From the NCBI GenBank assembly GCA_951406725.2, contig OX597825.1:66526001-66590000 (forward strand): DNA of 64,000 nt. Direction: 5' to 3'. A program made the position numbers and the translations under genes. The notes beneath the pieces were generated by a model. The model worked only from the letters and a program-made list of their open reading frames with translations, searched no databases and was not told where the DNA came from. Origin of the DNA: Octopus vulgaris. Lineage: Eukaryota. Shown piece by piece: positions 13,266 to 27,215 of this stretch; within the stretch, counting starts at the first letter, position 1, and each line of letters starts with the position of its first letter.

Positions 13266-14212
13266 TAAAGGCAAAGTCGCCCTCGGCGGAATTTGAGCTT
13301 AGAACGTAGCGACAGACGAAATGCCGCTAAGCATTTCGCCCGGCATGTTAACGACTCTGCCAGCTCGCCATATGCGCCACGGAAACCGGGGAAATAGCTC
13401 AAAGAATCTATATGATTTAGAAGAGATCTGCTTCCTTCATCCTTTTAGTATATGTTCCAGTCATCTGTACATGGGAAATTTTGACCGCTATAGTTAATCA
13501 GTTGTTTTCTAGTTACGTGTATTGCATTCGTTCGTTCGTGTCCCGGTTGCGATTAAAACACAATCTACCGCATGAAATCTGAACACATGAATTATACAAC
13601 CAATATGTTTAATCCGAACCTAGCAAACCTATCATCAACGCTATTTCAACCATGAACAACTCATTTGTTTCTATCTAGATAACATCAGCCAATGTGTTTT
13701 CCCTTCTCATCTTCATTTTTTTTTTAACAGTAGGAAATGAATTGAGTGAGATCTGGCTGCTATTTCTAGCACTTGGTTGACCATGAGGAATCTTCGTCGT
13801 TGAGAAAATAATTTTGAATGACTTGCCGCACAAGGAAAGGATAAAACAATTTCTTTTTTAAAAAGAGACAAAAAACAAATCGCGATGCACGAGTTTGGCG
13901 TAAAATAATATATAAATATTCAGTCGTGTAATTAATTCAACCCAGTGACATTTCAATTAATTGAAATGCATTTAATTTGTAATCAATAAATGATTGATGG
14001 GAGGTTCTTGTTTTCTACCTCGCCAAAAACAACAAAAAAAAAACCCCAACAAAAAAACCCAACAGCAAAAAAAAAAAAAAAGCAACATTAAGACGTAATT
14101 TTCTTTCTCAACCATTACAAGAGGGATTAGTTTCGAAAACAAAAGATGAGTTTTTTTCTCTTTATTCTCATAGATTAATAGTTTAAGTGATTTGAAGTAT
14201 CGAATCTCCCAT

Positions 14213-14760
14213 ATGTGTGGTAAGAAGCTTGCTTTCCAGCCACAAGGTTCCGGGTTCAGTTCCACTGCGTGGCACCTGTAGCAAGTCTTCTACTATAGCC
14301 TCGGTCCGACCAACGCCTTGTGAATGGATTTGGTAGACGGAAGCTGAAAGAGGCCCGTCGTATGTATGTATGTATGTATGTATGTATGTATGTATGTATG
14401 TATGTATGTATGTATGTATGCATGTATGTATGTATGTATGTATGTATGTATGTATGTATGCATGTATGTATGTGTGTGCATGTATGTATGTATGTTTGTA
14501 TGTACGTATGTATATATATATATATCTGGGTGGTTGTGTTTGTTTCTTTCTGCTTGTGTTCCTCCTATCATCACTTGACAACCAGTTTTAGCGCGTTTAC
14601 GTCCCCATAACTTAGCGGTTCAGCAAATGAAACCGATAGAATAAGTACTGAGCTTAAAAAACAAGCCCTAGGGTTCAATTTGTCCAACTAAAACCTTTTA
14701 AGGCGGTATTCCAGCGTGGCTGCAGCCAAATGAGAGGAACAAGTAAAATAATAAAAGAAT
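14213..14760 (+). mobile_element. Family-B SINE with (TATG)n expansion
   Basis: Same head and tail as other family-B copies. Confidence 0.8.
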
Positions 14761-14768
14761 CCATCCAG

Positions 14769-14832
<64 letters not shown>

Positions 14833-14929
14833 CTGGATGGATTCTTTTATTCTTTTATATATATATACACATACATACACATGTACACATACACACACAT
14901 ATATATATTTATAGTATAAGATGTGTTAT

Positions 14930-15300
14930 GGAAGCACTCCGTCGGTTACGACGACGAGGGTTCCGGTTGATCCGAATCAACGGAACAGCCTGCTCGTGAA
15001 ATTAACGTGTAAGTGGCTGAGCACTCCACAGACACGTGTACCCTTAACGTAGTTCTCGGGGATATTCAGCGTGACACAGAGAATGACAAGGCCGGTCCTT
15101 TGAAATACAGGTACAACAGAAACAGGAAGTAAGAGTGAGAGAAAGTTGAGGTGAAAGAGTACAGCAGGGATCACCACCATCCCCTGCCGGAGCCTCGTGT
15201 TTTCGCTCAATAAACACTCACAACGCCCGGTCTGGGAATCGAAACCGCGATCCTATGACCGCGAGTCCGCTACCCTAATCACTGGGCCATTGCGCCTCCA
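14930..15300 (-). mobile_element. Family-D tRNA SINE with tail 1
   Basis: Minus GGAGGCGCAATGGCCCAGTG...GAGCGAAAACAC...CCGACGGAGTGCTTCCA; similar copy at 61015-61373. Confidence 0.85.
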
Positions 15301-15403
15301 CGATGTGTTATGAGTAGTTATAGGAAAGAATCTGATATAAACTCAACTAACAATTAAAGATGGAGAAGAGAAGATGTTAAAAGTTTAAAAAAAATTTAAT
15401 CAA

Positions 15404-15837
15404 TGCATACGATCGTTTCAAACGATAACCTCAACATATAAGAAACATGGAAAAAAATTAAATTAATTATAATTATAATCGTGGAGGCACATGGCCTAGT
15501 GGTTAGAGCAGCGGACTCGCAGTCGAGCGATCGCGGGTTCGAATCTCAGACCGGGCGATGTGTGTGTTTATGAGCGAAACACCTAAGCCTCACGTGGCTC
15601 TTGCAGAAGGTAATGGCGAACTTCTGCTGACGCTTTCGCCACAATTTTCTCTCACTCTTTCCTCCTGCATCTTGCAGCTCACCTGCGATGGACCGGGATC
15701 CTGTCCAGGTGGGGAACCTATACGCCAAGGAAACCGGGAAACCGGCCCTATGAGCCAGGCGTGGCTCAGGAAGGAACAAACATAATTATAATTAAATTAA
15801 ATTAATTTAATTACGTGTTACCATTCTCCTCAATGCA
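15404..15837 (-). ncRNA. Hammerhead relic split by a SINE inserted in loop II
   Basis: Minus TGCA-TTGAGGA-GAATGGTAAC...[SINE]...GTTATCGTTT-GAAA-CGATC-GTA-TGCA; collinear with 1566-1676. Confidence 0.6.
15482..15781 (+). mobile_element. Family-D SINE with tail 2, TSD ATAATTATAAT
   Basis: GGAGGCACATGGCCTAGTGG...GGTTCGAATC...GGAAACCGGGAAACCGGCCC; copies at 24973-25290 (+) and 54575-54838 (-). Confidence 0.85.
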
Positions 15838-16997
15838 AAAGATGGAGAAAACATCAGGAAATGTAGTAACAGAAGAATATTACAGGCGACTACATTGAGT
15901 CTGCGTCGTATAACTCACTCGGATATTCATAAATTGATTGTGAAAGATGAAATATAAGAATATGGTTAGGTAGAGTTGAGTCTAGTTGTGTAAGGACTAA
16001 AACTGATTTGGCTAACGGATATTTGGAAATATAAGTAGGAAACATCGTAGAGACATTCTCACTATATGAGTATAATTAAAGTGGTGAAAAAAACATTCCA
16101 TATAAAGTGTTTATCATAAGGGATAAATATATTATATTATTATATATATACATACGCATATAATCATATATACGCACAAAACATATATATATATACATAC
16201 ATACATACATACATACATATACATGCATACACATACGCATATCCTTATACATGCATACACATACATACATATACATATATACATATATACAAAAAACAAA
16301 TATGCACACACATATTATACACATACATGCGTACATACAAACGCATACACATATCACCGTATACATACACACATACATACATATATATACATCTATACAA
16401 AAAGACAAATATTCACACACACCTATTATACACATAAATGCACGTACTCGTAAATAAAGGTGTATACACATATACATAAATGTATACATATACATAAATG
16501 TATACATATACATAATAAGCATCCAATGGGACATCATAGCTATATTTAAATTTATATTTAAATTCTTTTGTCGTTTGACGGTTATGAGTAGCAACGAAGA
16601 AATATTCACAATAGAGAATGGTGAAAAAAAAAAAAAAAAAAGTTTTCTAAAAGAAGAATATCTAGGATAAGAAATATGGGTAGATTAGTGTAGTTTTATA
16701 TAAGTAACCAGAAAATCGAAAGGCAGGAATAGAATAAATCTGTGTAGTATCATAGGGGAAGGATGTTTCATAATAGTAACATAGCATTATATTCGTTTGT
16801 AAGAAAAAAGGTATAGTTGTTAATATTATAGAATTTAGAGAGAAAAGAAAGAAAAAATGCTTCCGTTAGAATAAAGTTTTCAAAAAAAAAATTGTTTTAT
16901 TATTTATTTATGGGTTAGAGATTTATAGTGGAGGGGAGATAATACTAAGTATATTTTCAGAAAACATATAATCATATGGTATGATTCCATACCGCTA

Positions 16998-17067
<70 letters not shown>

Positions 17068-17074
17068 TATTGGA

Positions 17075-17113
17075 AGGTTTGGAGATGATGTACAGGTATT
17101 ATATATATATATA

Positions 17114-17177
<64 letters not shown>

Positions 17178-17344
17178 CATACGTATGTATATATATACAT
17201 ATATACTCACACATATACATACACATATACATATATGCATATCTAAATATATATATATATATATATAGAAAAAAATAAGGTACTCAATGATCAGAGTACC
17301 TTATTTTTTCTAATATATAATACCTGTACATAACCTCCAAACCT
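17075..17344. repeat. Nested fold-back: 32-bp inverted arms plus a 19-20-bp hairpin (17266-17312) around (TA)n
   Basis: AGGTTTGGAGATGATGTACAGGTATTATATAT / ATATATAATACCTGTACATAACCTCCAAACCT; TAGAAAAAAATAAGGTACTC / GAGTACCTTATTTTTTCTA. Confidence 0.75.
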
Positions 17345-17640
17345 AATATATATATATATATAAAGATAGTTTCTGACTTATATAGCGTAGTGATGAAAGT
17401 GAATGTGAATGGACAAAAGAGTTTTTTTATTTGGGTGATTTGTGCGAAATTAATTCAAATGCTTAAACGTCGAATATAAGAGAAGTTAGTTATTTAAGAT
17501 CAGCATATGCATTTATATATACTGTGCATATAAAAAAGCAAGCAAATACGAAGAAAAACTAGAAGAAATTATAAAAAGATATGCGCATATATTTATACAC
17601 TCACACATACACATTCGTACATATATATACACCCATACAT

Positions 17641-17681
<41 letters not shown>

Positions 17682-18715
17682 CATACATATGTGGGCGCAT
17701 ACACATACGCATACATACATATATACACAAACATAGGTATAGATACATACACCTACATACACACACACACATGTATATACACATAAATGCACGTACTCAC
17801 ACATACACATTCGTACATATATATACACCCATACATACACACACACACACACATATATATATATATGTATATACATACATATATAGGCACATACACATAC
17901 GCATACATACATATATACACAAACATACGTATTCATACATACACCTACATACACACACACATGTATATACACACACATACATATATGTGAGCATATGGTG
18001 GTATAAATTGACATATGTATACGGATATAGAAATGTATAATAATAATATGAATATTATATGACATATGTAAAAGTAATAACTATATAAGTGATAAGTGAA
18101 AAAAAGAGGGGTATGATGTAAAATCTATCAATATATTAAACGGTGTTAATATTAAAGTATGAAAGAGCTTTGGAGATGGTGGTAAAATTACAAAGGAAAG
18201 AAAAATGAATAATATACATCGAAAACTATTAAAGAATGACTGTGTATATCAATAGAACAAGCAAGAGTTTAAATATCAAATAGATTGGCAAAAGTTGATT
18301 ATGATAATAATAATATAAGTAGTAGTAATTATAATAGGTGAGAGAGAAGTGTATTTAAGAACATATTGGGAAAAATATATGACATACAATAAAAATGTAT
18401 ATATGTGTGTGTATATTTTAAGTGATGGTATAAAATACTTTGACTAAAAAATGTATTGAGTAAGAGGGGAAGAAATGTGAATTTCTGGTTTAGGTTAATT
18501 AATTAGAAGAAGTGTGAAAGGGTCATATAATATTGGGGGCGGGGAATAGCATATGGATGAACAAGTAGTGTAAGGTAGTTAATATAGAGAGTATAGATGA
18601 TAGGAATTATATATAAAAAGGTGGTAATTATGTAGAGGGAGGTATTATACGTAGAACTAAATTATGAGAATTAATAATGAGAATAAGAACAAGGTTGTCG
18701 AAGAAAATTATTTGA

Positions 18716-19972
18716 GGTTAATAAAAAAGGAATTTTGATATATGTTTACAAGAAAAAAAACTTCATCTCTCGAATTCAAAAGAGAATTATTCATTTACAT
18801 AATATTATAACTCTCTTCCAAGCACAAAAACCAAATCCTGTTATTATGCCCATAAGACGGAGCTGAAGAGATAATTTTCCAAGAAATCCTGTAATTTATG
18901 TTACCTATTTTCAGTTGCCAAACCTTTTTGATAGACCTGTACTATTTTCTTTCCTAGGGGGTCGTTAAAAGATGATTTATGGTTATTTAATCGTAATTTA
19001 AAAGGGTTGTGCGTACACCCAATGAACTTGAATTTAGAGAGATTATGGGTTATAATTGTAGTTTGGTATGCTACATTTTTCGCTTTACAGTTACATTTTA
19101 CCTCAGAACTACTTGGGTTTCTACAGATACAATTAGGATATTATTTGATATTCTATTGTGATGTCTATATGTATTAAGGGTAATTGAGGTTGTGTGATTT
19201 TGATAGATGTTGTTGTTGTTAGATATGGAATTATTAGGGTTAGCGTGTATATTAGGAGTTAATTTATTGTAGAATTGGTTTAGTTTCCTATTGCTAAATG
19301 AGGAGATGATCCTAAATAAGTTTGGAGATACTGAAAATCCAAATCTGATCGCTTTGTTATTAAATATTTTTGCATATCTAGAGTTCTTAAAGTTTACTTT
19401 AATAATATTTCTAATTGATTTAATATATTAGAAAATTACTATTTTTAAATCTCACAACGTTGTATGTTTGAGCTGAGAGGGGGTACTAGATTCCCTTGTT
19501 CGAAAATATAAGGACACATATCGTGTCGTATAACCAGCTGGAGACGATGTCTCTTGGGGCCAAATTACAGCAACTTTCATCCTAAACCAAGACTGCCATA
19601 TTATATTGGCAAACAATCTTTACTACTAATTTAATAAAATTAGATTTTAAATGTTTAGCAAGAGGAATTATGTTCCAAAGTATGTTTTGTTTTCCTTATT
19701 GTCGTGGTGGTTTGTATTTAGTGGGTCATCCATTCTTACATATACTCTTTACTCTTTTTTACTCTTTTGCTTGTTTCAGTCATTTGACTGCGGCCATGCT
19801 GGAGCACCGCCTTTAATCGAGCAACTCGACCCCGGGACTTATTCTTTTGTAAGCCCAGTATTTATTCTATCGGTCTCTTTTGCCGAACCGCTAAGTAACG
19901 GGGACATAAACAAACCAGCATCGGTTGTCAAGCAATGCTAGGGGGACAAACACAGATACACAAACACACACA

Positions 19973-20014
<42 letters not shown>

Positions 20015-20967
20015 TACGACGGGCTTCTTTCAGTTTCCGTCTACCAAATCCACTCACAAGGCTTTGGTCGGCCTGAGGCTATAAGAAGAAGACACTTGCC
20101 CAAGGTGCTACGCAGTGGAGGTTTCTTTTTTCTTTTCGTATTATTCCCCCTAACTTTATTAATATTAGTTATGTAGTTATGTGGGTTATTAGGAGGATGA
20201 GATGTAGTGGGATAAGTTAGATTTTAAAAGTGTATACGTTTAATGTTTTTATTACTATCTATGGTTATTTGTTTTCGGTATTTGTTGCCTGTATGCCTAT
20301 GTTTAGTTTTCTTATTAATAATAGTGTTTTTGGTGATTTGTGGGTTGGTAGAAATAGTATTAGAGAAATTATTATGATTATGGTGTTCATGTTTATAGAG
20401 ATTATTATAATGACTTTATTGATGTTGTAGGATTAGTGCTTTTTGGTAATGTTTCGCTGATGAATATTATTGAGAGAATTTAATTGTGTGTCAAGGTTTT
20501 GTAATTTACTCGATGATGTGGGCTCAGTCGTATGGTTATTATTGATCTTATCTTGTTAATTATTGGGATGATTAGAATAGGTATTGTTGTTTATATTGTA
20601 TTTTATTCTATATTTATAACCTGCGTTCTTAAATGCTAGATTATAATAGTCTTTGTGCTTGTTAAAAATTTCTTCATTGGATGATAAAAGGTTAATTCTG
20701 CTTTCTATGTTAGAGGCTAGATTATTTATAATATCTTAAGGATGGTTGCTTCGTGTATGTATGTGGTATTGTATTAGATTTATGGTAAGGTTGATGACAT
20801 GATGTATTGAGGTTAAAGTTAGCGTCTAAGAAGTTAACTGAGTCATTATCTTTTTCAGTGGTGATGGCTAGCTCATGGTTTTTGAAGAATTTGTGTAATC
20901 TTTTTTTATATAGTTCAAGTTTTCTGTTGGAGGTATTTCTAATTAAAAACAGAGAATCGTCTCTGTG
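18716..20967 (-). pseudogene. Decayed Penelope-like retroelement (Neptune-type): RT C-terminal half, Cys-rich linker, GIY-YIG endonuclease
   Basis: Manual minus translation: HRDDSLFLIRN...VNFLDANFNLN...QPYHK...SNHP (20967-20580); CICRNP...KCNCKAKNVAYQ...KFIGCTHNPFKLRLNNHKSSF...WKIISSAPSY...LCLEE...LLNSRDE...CKH (19140-18716); stops and frameshifts; absent from the ORF track. Confidence 0.85.
19745..20118 (-). mobile_element. Family-B SINE inserted in the Neptune-type PLE
   Basis: Reverse complement of family-B body and tail. Confidence 0.8.
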
Positions 20968-21039
20968 TGAATATGAAGGGAAACGAAGTACCTCTTTTAC
21001 TGGATGGAATTAACAGAAACTACTTTCAAGGATACAGTT

Positions 21040-22038
21040 CTATATTTAAGAGATAAGGAATTATGTACATTATTTATATTATTTATATTTGACGGATATT
21101 TGTCCTCATCTTGTTTTGTTTATTATAACCTCCAGCCTTTATCAGGTGTCTTGGGGAAATTTCGAACCTGGGTTCTCATTCCTAAGGTATTTTTCGATGT
21201 TGTTGTTGTTGTTGTCGTTATCATCATCATTATCATCATCATTATTATCATCATCATTATTATTATTAATATCATCATTATTATTATTATTAATATCATC
21301 ATTATTATTATTATTATCATCATTATTATCATTATTCACTGCCTGGAAACGATCTCGGAATCTTGGGGTTAGTAGCCCGCGATCTTAACCACTATACCGT
21401 ATGCCCATTGGCAATTATGGACTGAATTTTGGGGCTTATAAATCTAATATTTTCTATCCTTCCTTAATACAGTTTCCCATATGCTGCTCATATCTGCATT
21501 CGGTCTGCTTAGGAGGTTGTTGTGTCCTAGCATATGTGCTGCTTCTTTTAGTTTTCGTATTTTCCAGTGGTGTTCTCTGTCTATTATTTTAACTTCATCC
21601 CACAGGGGGAGGTGGTCTCGATTTTTCCCTACATGATCAGCTATACCCGATTTATCAATATCTCCTCGTGTCACAGCTTTGCGATGTTCTTCTACCCTTA
21701 TTTTTAGGGGGTGGCATGTTTCGCCATTGTATAACCTACCACTGCTGCATGCGATGGAGTACACGCAGTTTTTGGTCATATTATCTTCTATTGGTGGTTT
21801 TACCCGAAGAAGATAATTGCGAAGTGTTGTATTACTCTTGAATACTGTCCTGATGTCGTATGGGCCGCATATCTTTTGTATCTTTTTGGAGAGGCCTTCA
21901 CATAGGGTAGACAGACTGTGGACAGTTTAATGGTTCATCTTCTCTTTTCTTCATAATTGGAGTAGATAGTATGTTTTTGAGGGTAGTTGTTGCTTAATAG
22001 ATAATTACTGAGCTTCATCATTTCTTCGTGGTGGGTAT

Positions 22039-22041
<3 letters not shown>
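21040..22041 (-). mobile_element. 5'-truncated Penelope-like element: linker, GIY-YIG endonuclease (21444-21779) and pLTR
   Basis: KNCVYSIACSSGRLYNGETCHPLKIRVEEHRKAV...SGIADHV...KIRKLKEAAHM; pLTR 21060-21200 matches 57305-57470 but has lost the GAAA half of its hammerhead. Confidence 0.9.
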
Positions 22042-22116
<75 letters not shown>

Positions 22117-22117
22117 A

Positions 22118-22178
<61 letters not shown>

Positions 22179-22186
22179 TAATGAAA

Positions 22187-22540
22187 AAGGCGGTGAGCTG
22201 GCAGAAACGTTAGCACGCCGTGCAGATTGCTAAGCGGCATTTCGCTCGTCTTCACGTTCTGAGTTCAAATTCCGCCGAGGTCGACTTTGCCTTTCATCCT
22301 TTCGGGGGCTGCTAAATTAAGTATCAGTGAAACACTGGGGTTGATATAATAAACTAGTCCCCCACCAGATTTCAGGCTTTATGCTTCGTGACATTTCTGA
22401 GTGAGTTCAAATACTGCCGATGTCGACTTTGCCGTTCATCTTTTCGGGATAGATAAAAAGTACCAATCATGAGGTCGATATAATCAACTTATCCCTTCCC
22501 CTAAAATTACTGACTTTGTGCCAAAATTTGAAACCATTAT
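22187..22540 (+). mobile_element. Two family-A SINE copies
   Basis: AAGGCGGTGAGCTGGCAGAAACG head and shared central domain. Confidence 0.8.
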
Positions 22541-23165
22541 TATTGTTGTTGTTGTTGTTGTTGTTATCATTAAGGTGGTGGATTGTAGGACATTAGATCT
22601 TCGGATAAATACTTCGCGTACTCCACAGAGACAGTGAAGAAAATAAAAAGCAAAACTAAAGAACAAAGAAAAAGGAAAAAGAAATATTCAGGGAAAATTC
22701 CCGAGAGGTCTTATGGACTGAAGAAACACCTCCTTCAGCGACACACTCAGACCATCTCCCCAAACAACAGCAACACAGTACTACAAGCACCATCGTTATT
22801 AGTGCCGCGACCACAATCACTACTACTACAATGACAAACAATATCACATACCCAAACCGTGTACAACTAGTAAGAAACTTAAAATATACAGCCAAATACA
22901 CACAAAATGTTGTTTTACAACAGGGTATTGATACTGCTTCTGTCGTTAATATATATATATATATATCTTATTTGCTAAAGAAATTTGAAACCACGTTATA
23001 ACCGCAAATAAAAATAACAAGGTAAAAGTTTTTATTTTTCATTTCCTTCGAAAATTGCTATTAAATCGTGGTTTTGGCCGTATTGGCTGCTTCTTCTACC
23101 ATATAAAAATTACCTGTAAATAGGTAGTTTTCTTTTGTGTTTAAATGTACACTATTTTAAAATAA

Positions 23166-23203
<38 letters not shown>

Positions 23204-23828
23204 TTTTAATAAGCTCACTGGCTCATAGCGAAACTAGCCCCTGTTCTGGTGCTGTTTTTCTATATACGAGTCACTGCTATCTCTAGCGGTGGAGCTTCAT
23301 CATTGACAAGACCAAATGAGGTCGAAATCACGTCATCTGGTGGTCTCAGCGCTGGAGATGGCGGGGATTTATCTCCCCACTTGAGATATAAACAAGAGAG
23401 CATGTTGCACCAAAAGCCAATATGAGAGTTTCTCTCGAGGTATCTACTGCAGTATAGATTGTTCTAACAGAACATCCATATTTAAGTGGAGATAAATATA
23501 TCCACGACGTATTAATACTGTCACTGTAGCTAATATATGAGTAAATATATATATATATATATATTATATTAAACAACATTGAGCTGATGAATCCTGTATC
23601 AACCCGTAGATATAATGTAGAATGATTTCATCACACTAACAAATTGCACACCAGTATGCACAGAAATCGTTAAAATTACTCAAAACATGTGAGGACATTT
23701 TTGAGGTTAGTGTATCATTTTCTTTGTCTCGATGTCTAGAATCCGAAAAAGTTGTGAGGAAGAGCCGGTGAGGCTTGCAATAAGGTCGAAAATCTGGCTG
23801 AAAAAATTGTACGTCGACGCTATTGACA

Positions 23829-24074
23829 CAATGCAGAATGTTTTACAAAAACCAACCTTTATATTTCGGGCGCAAAGGACTATCTTCAAAAGGAAGCAGT
23901 CCAAGAAACGTATATTTACGTCGATGTTTTGGTTGCTGCTTCTGATACTGCTAACCCAAACGCCGAGCAATTTAAATACGATGTAACTACACATCTCTTT
24001 CACTGCTTCCTTCTGAAAATAGGTCCTTGCACCCAAGATATAATGTCTTTTTTTTTGTAAAACTTCCAGCATTG
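23829..24074. repeat. Fold-back unit with ~72-bp inverted arms (23829-23900, 24002-24074)
   Basis: CAATGCAGAATGTTTTACAAAA...GGACTATCTTCAAAAGGAAGCAGT versus the reverse complement of ACTGCTTCCTTCTGAAAATAGGTCC...TTTTGTAAAACTTCCAGCATTG. Confidence 0.7.
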
Positions 24075-24972
24075 TTAGAAGCTTTCTTTATTTTTCTTTT
24101 CTTTGATTTTCTAAAATGTTACATTTTATTTTATTTTAAGAGTTAAAAAAATACTAAATCCATTGTTTCTTTCAGAAAAACCATAACATACTCGTACATA
24201 TAATATAACAGAAGTAATCTTGTATGCATAATTTCAGAACCAACAAAATTCTATGTGTGACAGCAACTTCATAATCTATTGAGAAGTTTGAAAGCTTCAG
24301 TAGTCACATCATGAATTTAAAATGAATGTGGATGTGAAGTTTTCAAACTTCTCTGAAATAAATTAGTTACACACAAAATTTTGTTAGTTCTGTAAATATG
24401 CATACAAGATTCGTTTATGCTGAATTGTACGCCTGATACTGTTTCTTGAAAGCGAAAATGAAGTTTGTCTTTGCTAAAAATTTGGAAAATAATTAACATG
24501 GTGATTTTAATTTCATAGCTATTTTAAAAGAATTTTCTAAAAATAATTTGCATGTTTAAGCAATTGAAAAAAAAAAAAACGTAATCTTTTCCATCACAAT
24601 CTTTTCAAAGGTCAACTTCAACAATTTAAGGAGTTCTCAGCAATTTAAGATGTAACTTTAGAGAAGTTTGAAAGATTTAAGTCTAAACATAAAGAAGACG
24701 ATTTAAAGAGGTTTTGGAAAACGATTTAAAGGTATTTTAAACTTAAAGAGAACCATTTTACTGTAAATATCACTAAGGTTAGGCTAACACGTGAAGTAAA
24801 AGTGTCAGAATTATGACGATGAAGAAAACAAATCGAATTTTAATAGTTGTTGCGACCAAAATTCCTGGGAAAACACTACAAAATGTTTACCTTATCGGTC
24901 TGGTCTAGCAGAGCTGTCGAAACATGGTGCCACTTTCAGCATTTGATTTTACCATGGTTATTTCCATTAACA

Positions 24973-25290
24973 TGGAGGCGCATGGCCTAGTGTTGGTTCT
25001 GTAAATATGCATACATGACTCGGACTCGCGGTCGAGGGATCGCGGGTTCGAATCTCAGACCGAACGATGTATGTGTTTATGAGCGAAACACCTAAGTTCC
25101 ACGCGGCTCCAGCGGAAGGTAATGGCGAACTTCTGCTGACTCTTTCGCTACAACTTTCTCTCACTCTTTCTTCCTGTATCTTGCAGCTCACCTGCGACGG
25201 ACCGGCGTCCCGTCCAAGTGGGGAACCTATACGCCAAGGAAACCGGGAAACCGGCCCTATGAGCCAGGCATGGCTTGAAAAGGAATAAAC
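24973..25290 (+). mobile_element. Family-D SINE with tail 2
   Basis: Collinear with 15482-15781. Confidence 0.85.
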
Positions 25291-25299
25291 AATTTCCAT

Positions 25300-26100
25300 T
25301 AATGATGCGTGAAGGTTTGCACTGAAATACGTTTACAAGATGTTGCACCACGAAAATATTCAACACTTCCTTCTTCCAACATCCAACAAAACCATGATAG
25401 CGGCCTGTCACTGATGATGCCCCATCAGTAGTGCATGCAACAACATTTTCAAGACTGTATAATTCTTTTTGCAAAGTACGAGTCCACAATGGTAAATATC
25501 TATCCTCCTTTTCTAATCTGATTTGAAGTAATTCAGATTTCTTCGTGCAATCTACTATTTTCATCAGAGGGTCGTACATATATCATCCACAAAGCTCTGC
25601 AATCTGTATGCATAAACTTATCCAACAGAATTGAAAATGGCGAATTTATTATCAGCATTAACCGCCATATTGTAAATGCATCGCGATAATGTAGTATCGC
25701 TAAGGGGCAATGGTTTTTTATACTATCAATTGGATCTTGGTGCAGAACTGTTTAGATAACTTCTTTGATAGAGAGCATTCTTAAAGCTCTTAGCGCTTAT
25801 GAGACAATTAGTTATGATATACCATAATCTGCTTTTAATGAATATACGTTCATTTTTTTAATGATCCAATTATTAGTAACGATTTCTGTACGCTTCATTC
25901 ATTTCTTGAAAATAACCAGGAAGCTTATTTTTATCTTTTGAACGTGGAGATGCAAGGCGTTCACGCAATCTGCTTGGTTTTATAGCTTCGTTAAAAATGA
26001 CTTGTGGCACAAGTATCGGAATCAATATTTGTAATAGAATCAATAAGACTCCTTTTCAAATAAGTTGGTATATATTCACGAGCATGCTACTTTTTTCTGT
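25300..26100 (-). pseudogene. hAT (Buster/Charlie-like) transposase remnant
   Basis: Frameshifted pieces NEAIKPSRLRE, VLHQDP...PLSDTTLSRCIYNMA and LENVVACTTDGASSVTGRYHGFVG match the BED, LS(N/D) and TDGA..M.G motifs of Buster-type transposases. Confidence 0.75.
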
Positions 26101-26259
26101 ATTTTGAGACATCAAAGTTGCTGTACAAAATATAAAAGCTCACAGTTGCCCAATCATATGGTGAAAATTGGAAACTCTTTCACCTTTCACCCAATATCTG
26201 TTAAAATCACAGCTATGCGGTTCATATCTTGCACCACCTTTTGCATCGCACATCACCAT

Positions 26260-26360
<101 letters not shown>

Positions 26361-26447
26361 AGTATTTTATAAGCTTAAAGCTTATAGGCGATCACCGCGC
26401 AATGACTAAAGAAAATAGTCTAATGATGCTGGGGAATATTAGGTTTT

Positions 26448-26504
26448 TCCGTACTCGTGGGCTTCGAACCCACACCTCTTTGTTTACGCGACCAAGTGTG
26501 CTAC
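26448..26504 (-). other. tRNA-derived fragment (Thr-CGT-like), not a complete tRNA
   Basis: Minus GTAGCAC-ACTTGGT-CGCGTAA-ACAAAG-AGGT-GTGGG-TTCGAAG-CCCAC; T arm intact, no acceptor stem. Confidence 0.4.
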
Positions 26505-27184
26505 ATTCAGGCGTTCGTGTCTCACTTGTTGCGTGCTCCTCTTCTTGTGTCCAACATTCTAGGCTTGCACTAATCATTTTCATCCGCTAGAATTCGCATC
26601 GATTCGCATTCTGTTGGTGCTGTCATCGGTTCGCAATAGTTTAAGAATAACAATGCCATTTAGCCGTTCAATCTATGAAGGCCTGTGAAGGCCATCGGCG
26701 ATGCATCTCCTTCCAGACGAAAAGAAAGAGGGCAATGACAAATTATGGAGATTTATGTTAGTTTAGGCTTGCTCGCCTAGCCAGAGGGGTGGCATTATTT
26801 GACAGCAACAATACGGTGGAGGCGCAATGGCCCAGTGGTTAGGGCAGCGGACTCGCTGTACTCTTTCACCACAACTTTCTCTCACTCTTTCTTCCTATTT
26901 CTGCCACAAAGCAGAGGAACCATGGTATAACCCACTATGGTCTGGTAAACTTTCAGACCCTAGTCTAGATTGTGAATGCTTGTAACCCAGGATACTTCAG
27001 CTTTCCACCCGTTAAAAACCACCGTTTACGGAATGAGGATAACAGCGTAGCTTTCGCGCCCGTGCAACCCGCCAGTCTATCGCATGTGGTGAGTGGATCT
27101 TCAAGTTGCCACATGCATTCTTAGTAGCTTAGAGTAAGCTCGAATTAGAGATTATTCTTTGTGGCTAATGGCGTGAGTCCTGCT

Positions 27185-27215
<31 letters not shown>

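Noticed and set aside
17593-17985. ~200-bp tandem duplication, and similar local duplicates at 59523/60690 and 56201-56248
   Set aside because: Ordinary local duplication or slippage in microsatellite-rich DNA; no sign of function
23303-23337. TTGACAA-GACC-AAATGA-GGTC-GAAA-TCACGTC hammerhead-like string
   Set aside because: Two core changes and no helix I; too degenerate to count
23707-24072. 121-aa and 84-aa non-repetitive ORFs
   Set aside because: They overlap a fold-back inverted repeat, with no recognisable domain or splice support
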